A stretch of DNA of 55,042 bases, taken from the IMG/VR virus record IMGVR_UViG_3300044491_000241, positions 1 through 55,042 of that record; one strand, 5' to 3'. The notes beneath the pieces are model-generated. The model ran no database searches and was not told the DNA's origin. It saw nothing but the letters and a program-made list of their open reading frames with translations. The position numbers were made by a program, and so were the translations under genes. This document shows, piece after piece, positions 17,257 to 27,274 of the stretch; within the stretch, counting starts at the first letter, position 1; the number at the start of each line of letters is the position of its first letter. Origin of the DNA: a virus. Lineage: Duplodnaviria > Caudoviricetes.

Positions 17257-18800
17257 TGGCAGACAACTTAGGTTCCTTTAAAGTATTTGCTCAAGGTGGC
17301 TTGAACCTAAACAGAGATGTTCTATCTCAAGGGGAAATTGCACCTGGTTCAGCTATAACACTTCTAAACTATGAACCAGCTATTACGGGTGGTTACAGAC
17401 GTGTGAGTGGTTTTACTAATGCGTATGGTACGGTCACAGGAACAGGAAGTGTTCTTGGGGTAGTAGTAGCAAATGGGATAAACGATGGTATTCTAGCTGC
17501 TCGTAAACCTTCTAGTGGAAATAACTACTTACATAAATGGAACAACTCTAGTTCATCTTGGGATGCAGTAACGACTTCTGGTTCTCCTACAATGGTGGGT
17601 GTAACTAAGGTTAGATTTACAAGGTACAACTTTGGTAGCCCAAAGGTTATTCTTACAGATGGTATAAATCCTGCAGCTACCTACGATGGTACAACCTACA
17701 CGCAGATTACAGCGTCAGGAGCACCTGACGATCCTAAGTTCTCTGCAGTGTTTCAAAACCATATGTTCTTAGCTGGTGACCCTAACGAGAACACAAACCT
17801 TTACTTTAGTGCACCATACGATGAAACAGATTTTGATCCTGCTAATGGATCAGGGGTAATTAATGTAGGTTTTCCTATTGTAGCAATAAAACCGTTTAGA
17901 GATCAGCTTTTTATATTTGGTACAACTAATATAAAAAGACTAGAGGGAAATAATATAACTAACTTTGCAGCCAGTGAGGTAACAAATGATCTTGGTTGCA
18001 TTGCGTCAGACAGTGTAGTTGAAATTGCAGGTGATTTGCTTTTCTTATCTCAAGATGGCCTACGTCCTATTTCAGGAACCAACAAAATTGGGGACGTTAA
18101 CCTTGAGACTATATCAAAAAACATTCAGTCTTTGTTTACTGATGTTGTATTTGAACAAGATCTAGATGCTTTATCTTCTGTAGTAATTAGAGGTAAGTCA
18201 CAATTCAGACTTTTCTATGATATTGACAACTCTAACGGTTTGATTGGTGGTCTACGATTAGGGCAACAGGGTGGAATTAACTTTGAGTTTGGACAGCTAC
18301 TAGGTATCGAAGTTACTTGCGCTGCGAGTGGATACATAGGACAAAACGAGGTTGTTATACATGGTGACAAGTCTGGTGCTGTGCACAGACAAGAGCAAGG
18401 AAATAACTTTGGTGGCAACAATATTGTAAGTGTCTACCAAACACCATTCTTGCACATGCAAGATCCAGAGCAACGTAAGATTATTCATAACGTTGCTACT
18501 TATCTTAGATCAGAAGGTAATAACGAGATCATAATGTCCGTAGTCTACGATTATGATGATACTACTATTCTTAATCCAACTAACTTTACACTGACAAATG
18601 AAGGTGCGGCTGCTTTCTATAACGAAGCAATCTACGATGAAGCCAACACAATTTGGAGTGGTAACCCATCTCCAGTCAAAAGGGTTAATGTTTCAGGGTC
18701 AGGTAAATCAGTTTCTTTTAGGTACGTTACAAATGACACGAATGCGGCACACAGTATACAAGGTATTGTTGTGACGTTTGGTGTGGGGGATAGATTATAA
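17256..18800 (+). CDS. Tail nozzle/stabilisation protein (P22 gp10-like)
   Basis: GGLN start, GC.A.DSV.EI.GDL.FLSQDGLR beta-propeller pattern; position. Confidence 0.75.
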   Translation: MADNLGSFKVFAQGGLNLNRDVLSQGEIAPGSAITLLNYEPAITGGYRRVSGFTNAYGTVTGTGSVLGVVVANGINDGILAARKPSSGNNYLHKWNNSSSSWDAVTTSGSPTMVGVTKVRFTRYNFGSPKVILTDGINPAATYDGTTYTQITASGAPDDPKFSAVFQNHMFLAGDPNENTNLYFSAPYDETDFDPANGSGVINVGFPIVAIKPFRDQLFIFGTTNIKRLEGNNITNFAASEVTNDLGCIASDSVVEIAGDLLFLSQDGLRPISGTNKIGDVNLETISKNIQSLFTDVVFEQDLDALSSVVIRGKSQFRLFYDIDNSNGLIGGLRLGQQGGINFEFGQLLGIEVTCAASGYIGQNEVVIHGDKSGAVHRQEQGNNFGGNNIVSVYQTPFLHMQDPEQRKIIHNVATYLRSEGNNEIIMSVVYDYDDTTILNPTNFTLTNEGAAAFYNEAIYDEANTIWSGNPSPVKRVNVSGSGKSVSFRYVTNDTNAAHSIQGIVVTFGVGDRL

Positions 18801-21800
18801 ATGGCAGGTTATCAGAGAAAAAGTGCTGGGGATATTGTTGCGGGGGCGGTTGTTAAAGCTGCACCAGTAGACACAGAGTTTAATTGTCTAAGAGACGCAT
18901 TCAACGAATCCACAGGTCACAAACACGATGGATCTTCAACAGAAGGTGCTTACGTTCCTATTATCGCAGACTCAGACGCAAATAATAAAGTCTGTGTTGA
19001 TACATCAAATAATAGATTAAGCTTCTTTACAGAGGTTTCTTCTGCTGCGACTGAGCAAATGAGGGTTCAAGACGGAGCCATCGTACCTGTAACGGATGAT
19101 GACATTGACCTTGGTATTACAACTACAAACAGATTTAAAAATCTATTTCTATCAGGTAATGCTACGGTTGGAGGAACATCCACTGTAACAGGAAACAGTA
19201 CTTTTGCTGGTACTCTTGGAGTTACAGGTGTTGCTACTTTTTCTGATACAGTTTGTGTGCCAGCTTTTAAAGCTACAGGGACATCAACTCTAACTACTGT
19301 GGACATCAATGCAGGTAATATTGATGGCACTGTTATCGGTGCTTCTACTGCTGCTGCTGGCAGCTTTACTACAGTTAGTACGTCAGGACAGGGTACTTTT
19401 GCTACAGTCGATGTCAATGGCGGTACTATTGATGGTGTTATTATTGGCGGCACTACGCCAGGTCTTATAACTGGTACAACCATCACAGGTACTAGTCTTG
19501 TAGGTCCAGTTACAGGTAATGTCACAGGTAACATTACTGGTAACGTAACAGGTGACCTAACAGGTAATGTTGCAGGAAACGTAACAGGTGATGTCACTGG
19601 GGATCTCACAGGAAATGTTACAGGAGATGTAACAGGAGACCTGACTGGTAACGTTACAGGTAATGTAACTGGTAATGTAACTGGTGACTTGACAGGTGAC
19701 GTAACTGGAGATGTAACAGGTGATGTTACAGGCAATGTTACAGGAAACGTAACAGGGAATGTCACTGGTAACCTAACAGGAAATGTTACAGGTAACGTAA
19801 CTGGTGACTTAACTGGGGATGTTACTGGTGACTTAACTGGTAATGTTACTGGTGACTTAACTGGTGATGTCACAGGAGATGTTACTGGAGATCTGACTGG
19901 TAATGTTACTGGAAATGTTACAGGTGACGTAACTGGTGACGTAACTTCAACAGGAACGTCTACCTTTACAACCTTGCAGCTAACAGGGGATATGGATGCT
20001 AACAGTAATAAGATTACAAATTTAGCAGAGCCTGTTTCTGATTCTGATGCAGCCACAAAATTGTATGTAGATAATGCAGTTGAAGGTTTGGATGTAAAAG
20101 GTTCTGTTAGAGTTGCTACAACTGCAAACATTACTTTGAGTGGTACTCAAACTATTGATGGTATTGCTGTAGTTGCAGACAACAGAGTTCTTGTTAAAGA
20201 TCAAAGCACAGCTTCAGAGAATGGTGTGTACGTAGTTGCTGCAGGTGCTTGGTCTAGATCAGATGACGCAGATACTTTTGATAAACATGTAGGTGCTTTC
20301 TTCTTTGTCGAAGAAGGTACAACAAATGGTGACAATGGTTTTGTAGGCACTGCAGATTCTGGTGGTACTCTTGATACTACTGACATAACATTTGTACAAT
20401 TCTCAGGTGCAGGTCAGATTACAGCAGGTACTGGTCTTACTAAGTCTGGAAACACTATTAATGTTGTTACTGCTGACTCAGGGAGAATTGTAACAAATGC
20501 AGATAATATTGATCTTGCTACTACAGGTGTGAGTGCAGGAACTTATAAGTCTGTTACCACAGATGTTTATGGTCGTATTACAAGTGGTACAAATCCAACT
20601 ACTCTTTCTGGTTATGGTATTGCTGATGCCTATACAATTACATGCTTAGATACTTTACTTGATGCTAAGTTAGATGTAGCAGGAGATACAATGACTGGGA
20701 ACCTTTCAATGGGTTCTAACAAAGTCACATCTACTGCAACTCCAACAACTGATGATGACCTTACTCGTAAAGGTTACGTTGATAGTCAAGATGCTCTTAA
20801 GTTTAACTTAACTGGTGGGACTCTTACTGGTGATTTAACTCTTGGTAGTAATAAAGCCACATCTACAGCTACTCCTACAACAGATGATACTCTTACACGT
20901 AAGGGCTATGTTGATACTCAACGTGATACAAGACTAGCTTGTACAGGTGGGACTTTATCAGGAAGTGTAGAAACTACTTGTCCTATTATTTCTTGTTACA
21001 CACCTGCCAATGCATGTGACCTGACTAATAAGTGTTACGTTGATGGTATATTACAATCAGCTACTGCAGCCTGTACTTCTGCTGCTTGTGCATTAGCAAG
21101 TCAGACTGCTGCAGCAACCTCTGAAACAAATGCAAGTAACTCAGCTTCTGCTGCTGCTACTTCAGCCAATAATGCTGCTACATCTTATGACGATTTTGAT
21201 GATAGGTACCTTGGTGATAAGGCATCAAATCCCTCTGTTGATAACGATGGAGATGCCCTTCTGACAGGAGCAATCTACTGGAACTCAACAGACAATGCAC
21301 TAAAAATTTATACAGGTTCTGCATGGAACAGTGCAGCATTTACTCTTGGTGATGCTCTTACTGCTGTTTCTGAGGATACTTCTCCAACACTAGGTGGAAA
21401 CTTAGCAGGTAACTCTCAATGTATTACTGGTGTTGCAAACATTTGTGCTACTAACCTTTATGGCGCTGTAACAGGTAATGTGACAGGAAACGTAACTGGC
21501 AATGTTTCAGGTAATCTTACAGGTAATGTAACTTCTTCTGGCACAAGTTGTTTTGCTACAGTTTGTACAACTGGTAACAGTACTCTTGTAGGAAACCTTA
21601 CTGTTAATGGAAACACTACCCTAGGTAATGCAGCTAGTGACACTGTAACTCTTACAGCAGACGTTGCTTCTAATATTATTCCAAGTGCTGATAGCACTCA
21701 CAGCCTAGGTGACAGTTCTAACTACTGGTCACATGGATACATAGATGCTATCACAACAACAGGAGCAGTTGTAATTGGAGGAGATCTAACTGTTAATGGT

Positions 21801-22817
21801 ACAACCACTACTGTAGCTACGACAAACACAGTTGTATCAGATTCCTTGATAGAATTAGGAAATGGAACATCTGGTTCCCCATCTAATGACGCAGGTATTG
21901 TTATTGAACGTGGTAGCAGTGCCAACGCATTCATGGGTTTTGATGAGTCAGCAGACAAGTTTATTGTAGGTACAGGTACATTTACTGGTGCATCTACAGG
22001 AAACCTTTCTATTACAACAGGTACACTTGTAGCTAACGTAGAGGGTAATGTAACAGGAGATGTCACTGGTAATGCTGATACTGCAACAACACTAGAAACT
22101 GCACGTACAATAGGTGGTGTTTCTTTTAATGGTTCAGCTAACATAAACCTACCAGGTGTTAACACTGCAGGAAACCAGAACACATCTGGTAATGCAGCTA
22201 CAGCAACTGCTTGGGCTACAGCTAGAACACTTTGTATTTGTGGGGATGCTACAGGCTCTGCTTCTATTGATGGATCTGGTAATGTAAACTTGACGGTTGC
22301 AGTAGTGGATGATAGCCACAACCACACAGTAGCTAACGTTGATGGACTAGCTACCTGCTTATCTAATAAAGCTTCTACTACCTGTGCAGGTACTATTGTT
22401 ACCTGTTTAGCAGGTAAGGCAGCAATAGCTGGTGCAACTACTCAAAACTTTAGTGCGCTATGTGCAATTGGTGCAAATTGTATGATAGCCCCTGTTATTT
22501 GTGGTACGACCTGTGTCGTAGCACCTGACATCAATGCAACGTCTGACTGCAGATGCAAGAGTAACATTGTTACAGTTGAGAATGCTTACTGCAAGTTAGG
22601 TCAAATACGTGGGGTTAACTACAACTGGAAAGACTCAGGAAAATACACAATAGGTGTTATTGCACAAGAAGTAGAAGAAGTTCTTCCAGAACTTGTAACT
22701 ACAGATGACGATGGCATGAAGGCAGTAAACTATAACGGCATCGTAGGTGTTCTAGTTGAAACAGTGAAATGCCTTCAAAGCAAAGTAGAGGAACTAGAGA
22801 ATGGCTCTAAAGGTTAG
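18801..22817 (+). CDS. Long tail fibre with C-terminal peptidase S74 chaperone
   Basis: GHKHDG N-terminal anchor, TKxYVD repeats, xTG[ND] repeats, SDxRxKxNI...GVIAQEVE...VNY chaperone; about 28 Cys. Confidence 0.9.
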   Translation: MAGYQRKSAGDIVAGAVVKAAPVDTEFNCLRDAFNESTGHKHDGSSTEGAYVPIIADSDANNKVCVDTSNNRLSFFTEVSSAATEQMRVQDGAIVPVTDDDIDLGITTTNRFKNLFLSGNATVGGTSTVTGNSTFAGTLGVTGVATFSDTVCVPAFKATGTSTLTTVDINAGNIDGTVIGASTAAAGSFTTVSTSGQGTFATVDVNGGTIDGVIIGGTTPGLITGTTITGTSLVGPVTGNVTGNITGNVTGDLTGNVAGNVTGDVTGDLTGNVTGDVTGDLTGNVTGNVTGNVTGDLTGDVTGDVTGDVTGNVTGNVTGNVTGNLTGNVTGNVTGDLTGDVTGDLTGNVTGDLTGDVTGDVTGDLTGNVTGNVTGDVTGDVTSTGTSTFTTLQLTGDMDANSNKITNLAEPVSDSDAATKLYVDNAVEGLDVKGSVRVATTANITLSGTQTIDGIAVVADNRVLVKDQSTASENGVYVVAAGAWSRSDDADTFDKHVGAFFFVEEGTTNGDNGFVGTADSGGTLDTTDITFVQFSGAGQITAGTGLTKSGNTINVVTADSGRIVTNADNIDLATTGVSAGTYKSVTTDVYGRITSGTNPTTLSGYGIADAYTITCLDTLLDAKLDVAGDTMTGNLSMGSNKVTSTATPTTDDDLTRKGYVDSQDALKFNLTGGTLTGDLTLGSNKATSTATPTTDDTLTRKGYVDTQRDTRLACTGGTLSGSVETTCPIISCYTPANACDLTNKCYVDGILQSATAACTSAACALASQTAAATSETNASNSASAAATSANNAATSYDDFDDRYLGDKASNPSVDNDGDALLTGAIYWNSTDNALKIYTGSAWNSAAFTLGDALTAVSEDTSPTLGGNLAGNSQCITGVANICATNLYGAVTGNVTGNVTGNVSGNLTGNVTSSGTSCFATVCTTGNSTLVGNLTVNGNTTLGNAASDTVTLTADVASNIIPSADSTHSLGDSSNYWSHGYIDAITTTGAVVIGGDLTVNGTTTTVATTNTVVSDSLIELGNGTSGSPSNDAGIVIERGSSANAFMGFDESADKFIVGTGTFTGASTGNLSITTGTLVANVEGNVTGDVTGNADTATTLETARTIGGVSFNGSANINLPGVNTAGNQNTSGNAATATAWATARTLCICGDATGSASIDGSGNVNLTVAVVDDSHNHTVANVDGLATCLSNKASTTCAGTIVTCLAGKAAIAGATTQNFSALCAIGANCMIAPVICGTTCVVAPDINATSDCRCKSNIVTVENAYCKLGQIRGVNYNWKDSGKYTIGVIAQEVEEVLPELVTTDDDGMKAVNYNGIVGVLVETVKCLQSKVEELENGSKG
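19509..19940 (+). repeat. 36 tandem [VLI][TA]G[ND] tetrapeptide repeats
   Basis: Counted from the translation; codons vary between units. Confidence 0.9.
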
Positions 22818-23016
22818 TGGCACAGACGTAATAGACAATAGCAAGAATATACCATCAGGTACTCCATCAGTACAGGGTACTATAGTTACTGCTACAGTTC
22901 TTACGGCACCTTCAGGTAACACTGCAGGTAGACCTGCTTCCCCAAACACAGGCCACATCTACTTCGATACAGACGAAGGTAAGTTATTAGCTTACAACGG
23001 AACTGAATGGGCTTAA
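22801..23016 (+). CDS. Small tail-fibre-associated protein, paralogous to the N-terminus of the next gene
   Basis: PSG.TA.RP.SP.TG.IYFDTDE..L.AY.G..W is shared with the 23047 ORF. Confidence 0.75.
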   Translation: MALKVSGTDVIDNSKNIPSGTPSVQGTIVTATVLTAPSGNTAGRPASPNTGHIYFDTDEGKLLAYNGTEWA

Positions 23017-23046
23017 TTCACGATAGTCTTAGGACGGAGAATATAA

Positions 23047-24531
23047 ATGGCGTATAAGATTAATGGCACTACGGTTGTCGATAACAGCAGGAACGTATGT
23101 GCCTGTTGTGTTACCTCGTGTTGTATTACAGCTAGTTCTAGGATGGATGTACCATCAGGCGATACAGCCAGTAGACCAGGATCTCCTGCTACTGGTTCTA
23201 TTTATTTTGATACAGATGAAACTTCACTTGTAGCCTATGATGGTTCAGCTTGGGCTTCTGTAGGTGGTGGTGGATATCCTCAAATAGCTGCTCATTGCAA
23301 TGCTGTACCTACTATAAATGGTACAATTCAGGATAGGCAAGTAAAAGTACCAGTCTCTTTTAATAATATGGTCCACAGTATAAATGGTTCTTACAAAGCA
23401 GGTAATCCCTACAACAATTCTCTTTTTGTAGGTCTGAAAACAACAGGTACTACTCTAGAACTATGTAACGTCAGTGGCGGTGGTACTAGCACACTAGGTG
23501 CTTGGTTCACAGGAGGTAGTTTTGTATCCCCAGATAAAAATTTCTATTCTTTTAGTACTGGGGGTGAAAGTAATTTCTGTGTCTGCGGTAAAAGTTTTGG
23601 ATTCTCACCAGAAAAGATTTACCAGATGTCTTCCTGTAACAGGTCCACAAGTGTAGCTGGTACTATTATGACCCTAGGGGCTTATTCAGGTAACACCAAA
23701 ATATTTGGGATTCATGCGTCTGGGCATTTTGGTATGTGGTGTTGTACTGGCACTTTAATATGTATGGGTCGAATATGTCAGAACAATCAATCTTTTGCTA
23801 ATGCCTATGGTTTATTTACAACGTGTTCTGGTGATATTGGCCTGTTCCTTTGTAACGGTAAATTTATTGTTCATTTAGATGTTGATACTTTATCTATTCA
23901 ATGTCAGTTTTGCTACACCATTACAGAGCCTACAAAGATGGATGGGCAAGGTGGAGCACCAAGAGAAACAACGACTGCAGTTGGATTTCCTGGTTGCTGT
24001 AAGTACGGGTACGTTTGGGATAAAGTCAATTGTTGTATGTACAATATTATTTCTAGCAACGGCTCAAATCAGTTTGAAACCAAGCCAACTTGGATGTCTG
24101 TGAATGACAGTCTTTACTTTAAAACCTTTGGGTGCTACGGGGGTGGAAAATGTTGTACTAAACTAGAAAGGGTTAACGCAAATGGCACTAGAGACTGTTA
24201 TATAAGTGTTTGCGGTGGACTGAGTTATTTTTGGACCACTGATTTTGATACGTATATTGCTAATAATTTAGGTGAAAAGTTAATAAGTGTTCCTGGCACT
24301 GCCTGTGATAATGGGATATTTCCAGCATACGCCGTTAACGTAGACGTTAGTGTTAGTCATAGTGCGTGGAAAAGTGGAGTTTTAAGCTGTATTTTTCCTT
24401 CTGGTGGTGCCATGTCTTGCACAGCATCACCTGCTGCTAGTCAAGGCACACACAGTATTTACGTTGTGCAACTTAACTGTACCTACTGTATACAATCTTG
24501 TCTTTGTGTAACGGATGTTGTACGGACTTAA
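23047..24531 (+). CDS. Cys-rich tail fibre/receptor-binding protein
   Basis: GGAG RBS; MAYKINGTTVVDNSRN docking N-terminus; about 34 Cys in 494 aa. Confidence 0.75.
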   Translation: MAYKINGTTVVDNSRNVCACCVTSCCITASSRMDVPSGDTASRPGSPATGSIYFDTDETSLVAYDGSAWASVGGGGYPQIAAHCNAVPTINGTIQDRQVKVPVSFNNMVHSINGSYKAGNPYNNSLFVGLKTTGTTLELCNVSGGGTSTLGAWFTGGSFVSPDKNFYSFSTGGESNFCVCGKSFGFSPEKIYQMSSCNRSTSVAGTIMTLGAYSGNTKIFGIHASGHFGMWCCTGTLICMGRICQNNQSFANAYGLFTTCSGDIGLFLCNGKFIVHLDVDTLSIQCQFCYTITEPTKMDGQGGAPRETTTAVGFPGCCKYGYVWDKVNCCMYNIISSNGSNQFETKPTWMSVNDSLYFKTFGCYGGGKCCTKLERVNANGTRDCYISVCGGLSYFWTTDFDTYIANNLGEKLISVPGTACDNGIFPAYAVNVDVSVSHSAWKSGVLSCIFPSGGAMSCTASPAASQGTHSIYVVQLNCTYCIQSCLCVTDVVRT

Positions 24532-24549
24532 TTGTTAAAAGCAAAGACC

Positions 24550-24578
24550 TTGCCTTTGCCTATAAAAAGTACTAATAT
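24550..24578 (+). promoter_or_regulatory. Candidate promoter for the modification cassette
   Basis: TTGCCT-N17-TAATAT in the intergenic gap. Confidence 0.4.
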
Positions 24579-24630
24579 ACTCACCAAAACCTGTGAGGTT
24601 TTGTAAAGATAATAATAAGAAAGAGTATGC

Positions 24631-25557
24631 ATGAAAACTGTCTTTATGATTGACGGTGGTGCGGGGAGAGCTATTGCAGCAATTCCTGCTCTCATCAAGT
24701 ACAGTAAGAGTAATCCTGACTTTAGGGTTATAGTACATGGTTGGGATACTTTGTACTGGGGTATTCCTGAGCTTCATGACAAGGTGTTTAACCCAGACCA
24801 GAAGGGTGCCTTTGAGCAGTTTTTTATGGATGCTGATATAGTTCTTTCCCCAGAACCTTACAGAGTACCTGGGTACTACAGACAAGAAAAGTCTTTGTCA
24901 GAGGCCTTTGACTACTTGATTAACGAAACAGACGATCACTCTGACCTTGTTGCTCCTATGCTTAAAACAAATAGAAACGAGGAGTTACAAGCTGCTAACT
25001 TTATGCAGCAAGTTAGGCAGCAGCAACAGAAGCAGAAGACTATTGTTATACAGCCCTTTGGTCGATCAATAGAAAAGCCACAAGAGGGTGTTCTACTAGA
25101 CCAGTCTTCTCGTTCTATTAATCCTGATACGTATATCAAACTGGTAAAGAAGTTAGCTACTAAATACAACCTAGTGTTGTTTGCAGAGAAGGCCTTCTGG
25201 ATGGAAGAAGATACGTACACAATGAAGCCTGAGGCTGACTTGCGTATGTGGACTGCCTTTATTGATGCAGCAGACTATTTCATTGGTTGTGACTCTGTTG
25301 GTCAACATATGGCTCGTGCTATGAATAAACCTGGGACTGTTGTCATTGGTTCTACCTTTGCTATCAACACTTCCTATCCTAATTACTTTAACATTATTGA
25401 AAGGGATGTTCAGAAGAAATACTCACCTATTCGTATCTCAGGTCTTGAGTCTCACTTGGCAGATAGAGCTAATGAAGCTACTGTTGAGTTCACAGACGAA
25501 GAGATCAACAAGATGTACGAGTCTATTGTAAAAGACATTGAAAAGAAGGTGAAGTAA
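24631..25557 (+). CDS. GT9-like (heptosyltransferase-fold) glycosyltransferase
   Basis: N-terminal GGAGR...IPAL (family G.GD...P.L); C-terminal ADYFIGCDSVGQHMARAMNKP matching G.DSG..H.A.A...P. Confidence 0.75.
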   Translation: MKTVFMIDGGAGRAIAAIPALIKYSKSNPDFRVIVHGWDTLYWGIPELHDKVFNPDQKGAFEQFFMDADIVLSPEPYRVPGYYRQEKSLSEAFDYLINETDDHSDLVAPMLKTNRNEELQAANFMQQVRQQQQKQKTIVIQPFGRSIEKPQEGVLLDQSSRSINPDTYIKLVKKLATKYNLVLFAEKAFWMEEDTYTMKPEADLRMWTAFIDAADYFIGCDSVGQHMARAMNKPGTVVIGSTFAINTSYPNYFNIIERDVQKKYSPIRISGLESHLADRANEATVEFTDEEINKMYESIVKDIEKKVK

Positions 25558-25558
25558 T

Positions 25559-27274
25559 ATGAACATTCTAGGAATTAACCCAGGACATAACGGTGCAGCT
25601 GCTCTCCTTGTAGACGGTGAGCTTGAGTTCTACATTGAAGAAGAACGTCTGTCTCGTAGTAAGTATGACGGTAACCCCTTCATGGGTATTCTTGAGGGAT
25701 TAAAGTATGGTATTGACGTTCTGGTACTGGGTGGAACAAGCCCACAGCACCCTAGTCTGCCTTGGACAGGGGAAGATCCTTACAGTGCGTTAATCAGGAA
25801 GCACAACCCTAAAGTCCAAGTTATAAACGTAGGGCATGCACATCACCTTGGTCATGCTGCCTCATCCTTCTACAACTCAGGCTTTGAGGATGCTGCTGCT
25901 GTTATTGTGGACGGGTCTGGTACACGCCAAGAAATCCAAGTAAATGAAGAGGGTCAGAAGAACCCTGGTTTTGAGACTGAGACAATCTTCAACTGTGACT
26001 ACGAAGAGGGTATCAAGCCAGTGTTTCAGTCCTTCGGTGGTAATGCTGATACACAACGTGTAGTAGGGGATGCCATTGAGATGGACTCAGCTATTACCTT
26101 AGTTAAAGCATACGAGGCTGTATCTGAGTACTTAGGCTTTGGGTTCATCGAAGCAGGTAAGACTATGGGTCTTGCACCTTACGGTAAAAACGATGATCTT
26201 ATCCCTTCTCTTTTCTACGGTGGGCGTGGTAACAAGAACGTCTTTGTTCCTAACTATCCTGCTGGTGCTCATATTGACCACACACGTCACCCATACCTGA
26301 CACTGAAGCAAGACCCACGTACTTGGCACAATGACCCTTCTAAAGTAACAGATGCTGCCAAGAACCTAGCATGGGCTGTCCAGGATGAGACACAACGTCT
26401 TGTTGGTGACCTGATTGAGAAGGCTGTTAAGCTTACAGGCAAGAAGAACATCGTTATTGCTGGTGGCTATGGACTCAACTGTGTAGCCAATTACTACTAC
26501 CAGAAACGGTTCCCTGACCTGAACATCTATATAGATCCCATCTCACACGATGGTGGTACTGCACTGGGTCTAGCACAGTTGGTTCACTACACAGAGACTA
26601 AGGACAAGACTATTCGTCCACTAAAGACCCTGTACCTTGGACCTGAACGTGAGGAGTCATACGACTTCGGTGATATCAAAACAACAGACGTAACACCAGA
26701 AGACATTGCTGCTCTTCTCGTTGATCGTAAGATTGTTACTATGTTCCAAGGTCGATCAGAGGCTGGTCCTCGTGCTCTAGGTAATCGTTCTATCTTGTAC
26801 GATCCCACTGACCCTAAGGGTAAGGATTACGTCAACAAGGTAAAAGGTAGAGAGTGGTTTCGTCCCTTTGCTGGTTCTATGTTGCAGGAGGATTTTGAGG
26901 AATGGTTCGAGACATACGGAATGAAAGAGTCTCCCTTCATGATGTATGCAATGGACTTCAAGCTGGCTAAACATGGTGAAGTTCCTGCTATCACACACGT
27001 AGACGGTACTTGCCGTATTCAGACTGTGACAAAAGAACAGAACCCTGTGTACTACAGCCTGATCAAAGTCTTCAAAGAGAAGACTGGTGTACCTATAGTG
27101 TTCAACACTAGCTTCAACCTTGCAGGTGAGCCTCTCGTTGAGACCATTGCGGATGCTGTACATACAATCAAGAACTCAGACCTTGAGTACCTGTACGTAC
27201 CAGAAGTAGGGAAGTTGTTGCACTACCCCTACAACGATAAGGAAGTAGAGATAGTTGAGGAGAAAGCTGCTTAA
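25559..27274 (+). CDS. Carbamoyltransferase, NodU/CmcH/TobZ family
   Basis: ILGIN.GH...EEERLSR.K, HH.GHA, VDG.G, GK.MGLAPYG, GG..LNC.AN, GPRALGNRS, RE.FRPFA, HVDGT.R.QTV, NTSFN..GEP. Confidence 0.95.
   Translation: MNILGINPGHNGAAALLVDGELEFYIEEERLSRSKYDGNPFMGILEGLKYGIDVLVLGGTSPQHPSLPWTGEDPYSALIRKHNPKVQVINVGHAHHLGHAASSFYNSGFEDAAAVIVDGSGTRQEIQVNEEGQKNPGFETETIFNCDYEEGIKPVFQSFGGNADTQRVVGDAIEMDSAITLVKAYEAVSEYLGFGFIEAGKTMGLAPYGKNDDLIPSLFYGGRGNKNVFVPNYPAGAHIDHTRHPYLTLKQDPRTWHNDPSKVTDAAKNLAWAVQDETQRLVGDLIEKAVKLTGKKNIVIAGGYGLNCVANYYYQKRFPDLNIYIDPISHDGGTALGLAQLVHYTETKDKTIRPLKTLYLGPEREESYDFGDIKTTDVTPEDIAALLVDRKIVTMFQGRSEAGPRALGNRSILYDPTDPKGKDYVNKVKGREWFRPFAGSMLQEDFEEWFETYGMKESPFMMYAMDFKLAKHGEVPAITHVDGTCRIQTVTKEQNPVYYSLIKVFKEKTGVPIVFNTSFNLAGEPLVETIADAVHTIKNSDLEYLYVPEVGKLLHYPYNDKEVEIVEEKAA

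Noticed and set aside
19067-20131. 354-aa antisense ORF with PVT repeats
   Set aside because: It is the shadow of the xTG[ND] fibre repeat; there is no independent coding evidence.
18801-24531. Diversity-generating retroelement or genetic-code change as the cause of the Cys excess
   Set aside because: I saw no reverse transcriptase or template/variable repeat pair. TGT/TGC encode normal conserved Cys in the RNR and primase, and genes end at standard stops.
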